This document shows, one piece after another, positions 60,252 through 64,000 of a DNA stretch of 64,000 nt. The number at the start of each line of letters is the position of its first letter. Within the stretch, counting starts at the first letter, position 1. A model generated the notes under the pieces. That model ran no database searches. It saw only the letters and a list, made by a program, of their open reading frames with translations, and had not been told where the DNA came from. Where the stretch lies: positions 326,963 through 390,962 of the forward strand of contig NW_019217842.1 of the NCBI RefSeq assembly GCF_002571385.2. Direction: 5' to 3'. A program made the translations under genes and the position numbers. Origin of the DNA: Stylophora pistillata. Lineage: Eukaryota.

Positions 60252-62461
60252 TTTCTTCGGCTCGTTTTTCGCCTATTTATTACTTCAGTGCTATAAAAAA
60301 AAAATGTTACATAAGAGTGATAAGTTAGAGAAAGTAATTTCCTTGTTGCCGGTGCCATAGCAGATTTGTACCTCCCCCGGATCATTTCCGAACTCTACCC
60401 CACCCCCCTTCCCGTACTATACAAGTGTAGGTTATAGTTAGATAAAATTAAATGATCATAATGCGAGAGTAGACGTGCAGAATATACTTGAGAAGAGATA
60501 CAAACCCTTTCCCTTATTTAGTGGTGGCTTTACAACTGGTCAACACATAGGATCTATTAAAGTTCACAAAGCCGCGAACGGCTGAATAATAACAATTTTA
60601 CTTCTGTTGTGAAATGTGAAATGTACTTTGTTGTCCGCAGGTATCCTTATGTGTTAACCAGACATGGTTTGATGCGCTACTTTAGTTTAAGGTGTAATGG
60701 GCCGGATGTAACCGGGAATTACAATTCATAGACCCCAACGCTTCAACACTCCTGTCTAGTGCCTTCATCAGGGGTGATCTAATCGTTGCGACAAGGAGGT
60801 CCTTTTGTATGCTCAATTATTAGCTGCCCTTTTTTCCTCACGAGGTGTAAATAGACGTCAGGTAGTAAGCCGCCATCACCACGATTTAAAGGAGCGTGGG
60901 CGGAATTATTATGCCAAGCTTCTAAACAAAGGCGTTGGTGGTAACGTCGATTAGTGGTGATAGTTTAAGAATTATCCTACCCAGTTGTATGAGGTCTCCT
61001 AGTGATTCAGGCTCATCGCTGAAAGATAAAATGGGTCATTAACATTTCCTCAAAGGGGTTATCCACGCTAGAACGGAGTGGTTTGGAGAAAGGCCTCAAG
61101 TTTGCTATTGCTCCTAGAAAAATACCGACAACTGAAATCGTCGCCGCTGTAGAGGAGAGCATTTCTCAACTCAACGACAACCATAAACACTAGGTAAGAG
61201 CAGAAGTAAGCAGCATACTCAAGCGAACTAAACTCCCTCCCAAAAACATTCAAAAGGATGTTTTCGATGCGCTTATAGCTCTTAAAAAGAATCCGGACAG
61301 GCTCGTATTATCTGCTGACAAGGGTAATTGTGTTGTAGTTTTGGACACACAATAATATTTTGACAAAGCTTTGTCCCTGCTCAATGACAAAAGTGCGTAT
61401 ACAGTCTTTCACTTTCATCCTACCAGTAAAACTAAAAGAAAGTCAAACAAAATGTTGCTTGATTTGAAAAAAAGCTGGTAAGATTAGTGACCATACGTAC
61501 AAAATGCTACACAGCAGTGACGGCTTATGTCCACGTCTTTACGGCTTACCTAAAATTCATAAACCAGGAATTTCATTGAGACCTATATATCGTCTCTTTT
61601 GTTAATTCTCCGACTTATGCAATGTCTAGTTATCTTGCTAGAGTTTTTTCACCTGTTGTGGGGAGTACTGCGAATTGCGGATTGCATTAGAGATCAACTC
61701 TTAACGCTTGTAAAGAATTGGTATCTTTCCACGTTGTTTCGCTCCTCACTAAAATCCCAGTTGATCTTGCCGTTAAAGTTGTGAGATGCTTCCCTTGGAC
61801 AAAGTACTTCATTGCCCGTGGAGGATATAACTCATCTGCTGTCTTTTTGCCTCACAATCTCGCAATTTGCATCAACATGTCTTTGGTACAGCTATGGGTT
61901 CGCCCGTCTCTACTGTCCTTGCCAATATGGTAATGGAAGACGTGGAACAAAAGGCTGTAGGCATTTCACAGGTTAAACCCTTGTTCTGAAAACGATATGT
62001 CGATGATGTCATCTCACCGGAACGCCTCCCATCGCAGTTGAATTCAGCCCTTGAGCGTGAAAAGGATAAATACTTGCCCTTTCTTAAATTAGAAGTGTGC
62101 AGAGCGGAGCAGGATAATTTAAAGGCAAGTGCCTGTAGCGTAAACCGACACACACTGATAAATACCTCGCTTTCCACTCTCGCCACCCTATTTGCCATAA
62201 AAAAGTCCTTAGCTAAAAATTCACTCAAGAGGACCGACTGCCTACCATCTTCACTTAATTCGAAAGCTGAGGGGAGATATGTGCCCGACGTCTTAAAGGT
62301 AAATGACTATACCAAAACATTTCTCCGTAATTGCCAGGAACCAGTTACAACAAGCAACACTCCCGATGAGAAGGAACCAGCGACTGGTTTTGCTGTAATT
62401 CCTTACATCCGGGGTGTTACAGAACCCATCGAAAGAAGTTTGAAAAGCCACAAAGTTAATG

Positions 62462-62845
62462 TATGTATTTTGTGCGATATTTAGACAGGCTTGCCCAGTT
62501 CAGCTCAAAGCTGGTTTAATTGGGGGTCTGTATAAACGATGACAAGGCCACACCACAACACCGCGAGCTACGTTCACTACTCTTCGCAATAAGTGTACTA
62601 AAACGTCCCCTGCTAAACAGTACAGAGGAAGATGGAGGAGAGAGAGCTTACGGTTTTTCGTCCTTATCAGAGAAGACTAGAATTTCTAACCTGCAGATGT
62701 CATAGCACAGATGTCATAGCAAAGGCAGCACATTCTCCTCAGTTGTTTCAAGACCCTGAGTGTCTGGTCCGATCTGGGGCTTGAACCCTCAACCTCCCGC
62801 AAGGCAGTCCGGCGTTCAACAACATGAGCTAACCAGGCAGCGGGC
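62462..62845 (-). mobile_element. tRNA-derived Deu/Nin-domain SINE inserted in the Penelope element
   Basis: Reverse complement begins CCGCTGCCTGGTTAGCTCATG...GGTTCAAGCCC and shares its head with 5168 and 8733, but has a different 3' half. Confidence 0.8.
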
Positions 62846-62993
62846 ATTAAAGCTGCTTAAAAACCCTTTCAGACTAGCACATATTTTTTCCAAACCTAAG
62901 GATCATAACACGAAAAAACAACGAACCGATGCTATCTATTCTATCTTGGGTAACGACTGTGATCACAAGTATATCACAGACAGACAGACCAAA

Positions 62994-63572
62994 TGTCACG
63001 TGCACCTCCGCCAATGTCATCTATTGCATAACTTGCTCTAACTGCCAAGAAATATACATTGGTGAAAAGGGAAGATGGCTTGGTGACCGATTCCGAGAAC
63101 ACCCTCCCGACGTAGGAAAGAATGACAAGGACGCATCCAAACCAGTCACTAGACACTTTAATCTGTCTGATCATTTCAAGAATCATACGGCAGTCTGCGG
63201 CCTTTCCCTACCTTTAGGTGGTTCGGGAAGCCGCAAAACTCTTGCACAAATGTTTATCTTTCAAATCGGCATTCTTAATCCCAATGGTATCAACGTACAC
63301 TTTTCATTCTACATATTTAAACTTGTTTTTCTCGACACCACGTTCCCACCAATGGCGTGGCTCCGCTTTCTGCATCGAAACACACACACAACCCACAATC
63401 CCTCAATTCGCTTTGACGAGGGGTTAACGCTGGAAAAGTCAGCTTTGAAACTCTTTAGGGTGGCCAATTTACATTATCAACTCAGTCGACAAAACAAAAT
63501 TACCTTGTTACTCCCACCGACGCAGTATCACGGTTTCTTCGGAAACTTACTCCCTTTATTCATTAGACCAAA
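62994..63572 (+). mobile_element. 3' fragment of a second Penelope-like family (GIY-YIG) nested in the first
   Basis: TCTSANVIYCITCSNCQEIYIGE...LGDRFREH. AGACCAAA is duplicated at 62986-62993 and 63565-63572, and the host frame resumes as QTK|RQFG. Confidence 0.8.
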
Positions 63573-63886
63573 CGTCAGTTTGGCGCACGTTTGAAAGAGC
63601 ATCAAAATGCAGTCTCTTTTTGCAAAAAAGAAAATTCAGCCTTGTCGAAGCACACATGCCTATAAACTAACCATACAATCGGGTGGGATAATTCTAAAAC
63701 AATATCACCACTAGTCGATGTTACCACCAGCGCCTTTGTTTGGAAGCTTGGCATATCAACTGCGCCCACGCTTCTTTAAATCGTGATGATAGCGGCCTAC
63801 TACGTGACGCCTATGTACACCTCGTCAGACAAAAGGGCAGCTAATTAGTGAGCATATAAAAAGACCTCTTGTTGCAACGATTAGAT

Positions 63887-63931
63887 GACCCCTGATGAAG
63901 GCTCTAGACAAGAGTGTCGAAACGTTGGGTC
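63887..63931 (+). ncRNA. Minimal type I hammerhead ribozyme motif (Penelope terminal repeat)
   Basis: GACCC-CTGATGA-A-GGCTCT(AGACAAG)AGTGTC-GAAAC-GTT-GGGTC: intact core, 5-bp stem I, palindromic AACGTT, GUU triplet. Confidence 0.8.
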
Positions 63932-64000
63932 TATGAATTGTAATTCCCCGGTTACATAAATTAAATCCTTTAACCAAAGTAGCATCAAACACATGGTAAA

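Larger units (their letters stand above)
60650..64000 (+). mobile_element. Degenerate Penelope-like retroelement (RT + GIY-YIG) with inverted terminal repeats
   Basis: Disrupted motifs YGLPKIHKPG (~61540), GTAMGSPVS (~61886), KRYVDD (~61990), IPYIRGVTE. 60655-61000 is the inverted copy of 63670-64000. Confidence 0.88.

Overview
Eukaryotic, intron-rich, AT-rich draft scaffold with six N-gaps. It is most likely from a scleractinian (stony) coral, inferred from a USOMP5-type gene, Deu/Nin-type SINEs and hammerhead-bearing Penelope elements. Genes reconstructed by hand from GT-AG sites: a folate receptor/riboflavin-binding protein pseudogene (1782-4270, -) and its intact tandem paralog (10144-16763, -); a calmodulin-like gene (+); two tandem SERINC paralogs (-), both with an unusual C-terminal coiled-coil tail; a secreted PAN + USOMP5-like gene (-); LSM6 (+); an uncharacterised coiled-coil gene (+); and a 1815-aa acidic repeat protein ending in a paralemmin-like CKCCSVM motif (-). 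The most striking observation is that three consecutive, otherwise intact genes (both SERINCs and the USOMP5-like gene) each contain exactly one in-frame stop codon (TAG, TAG, TAA). The window also holds several Penelope-derived minimal hammerhead ribozymes, nested Penelope/SINE insertions, MITEs, a CR1/L2 LINE fragment, long palindromic elements and minisatellites. No database searches were run; family assignments come from motif recognition.
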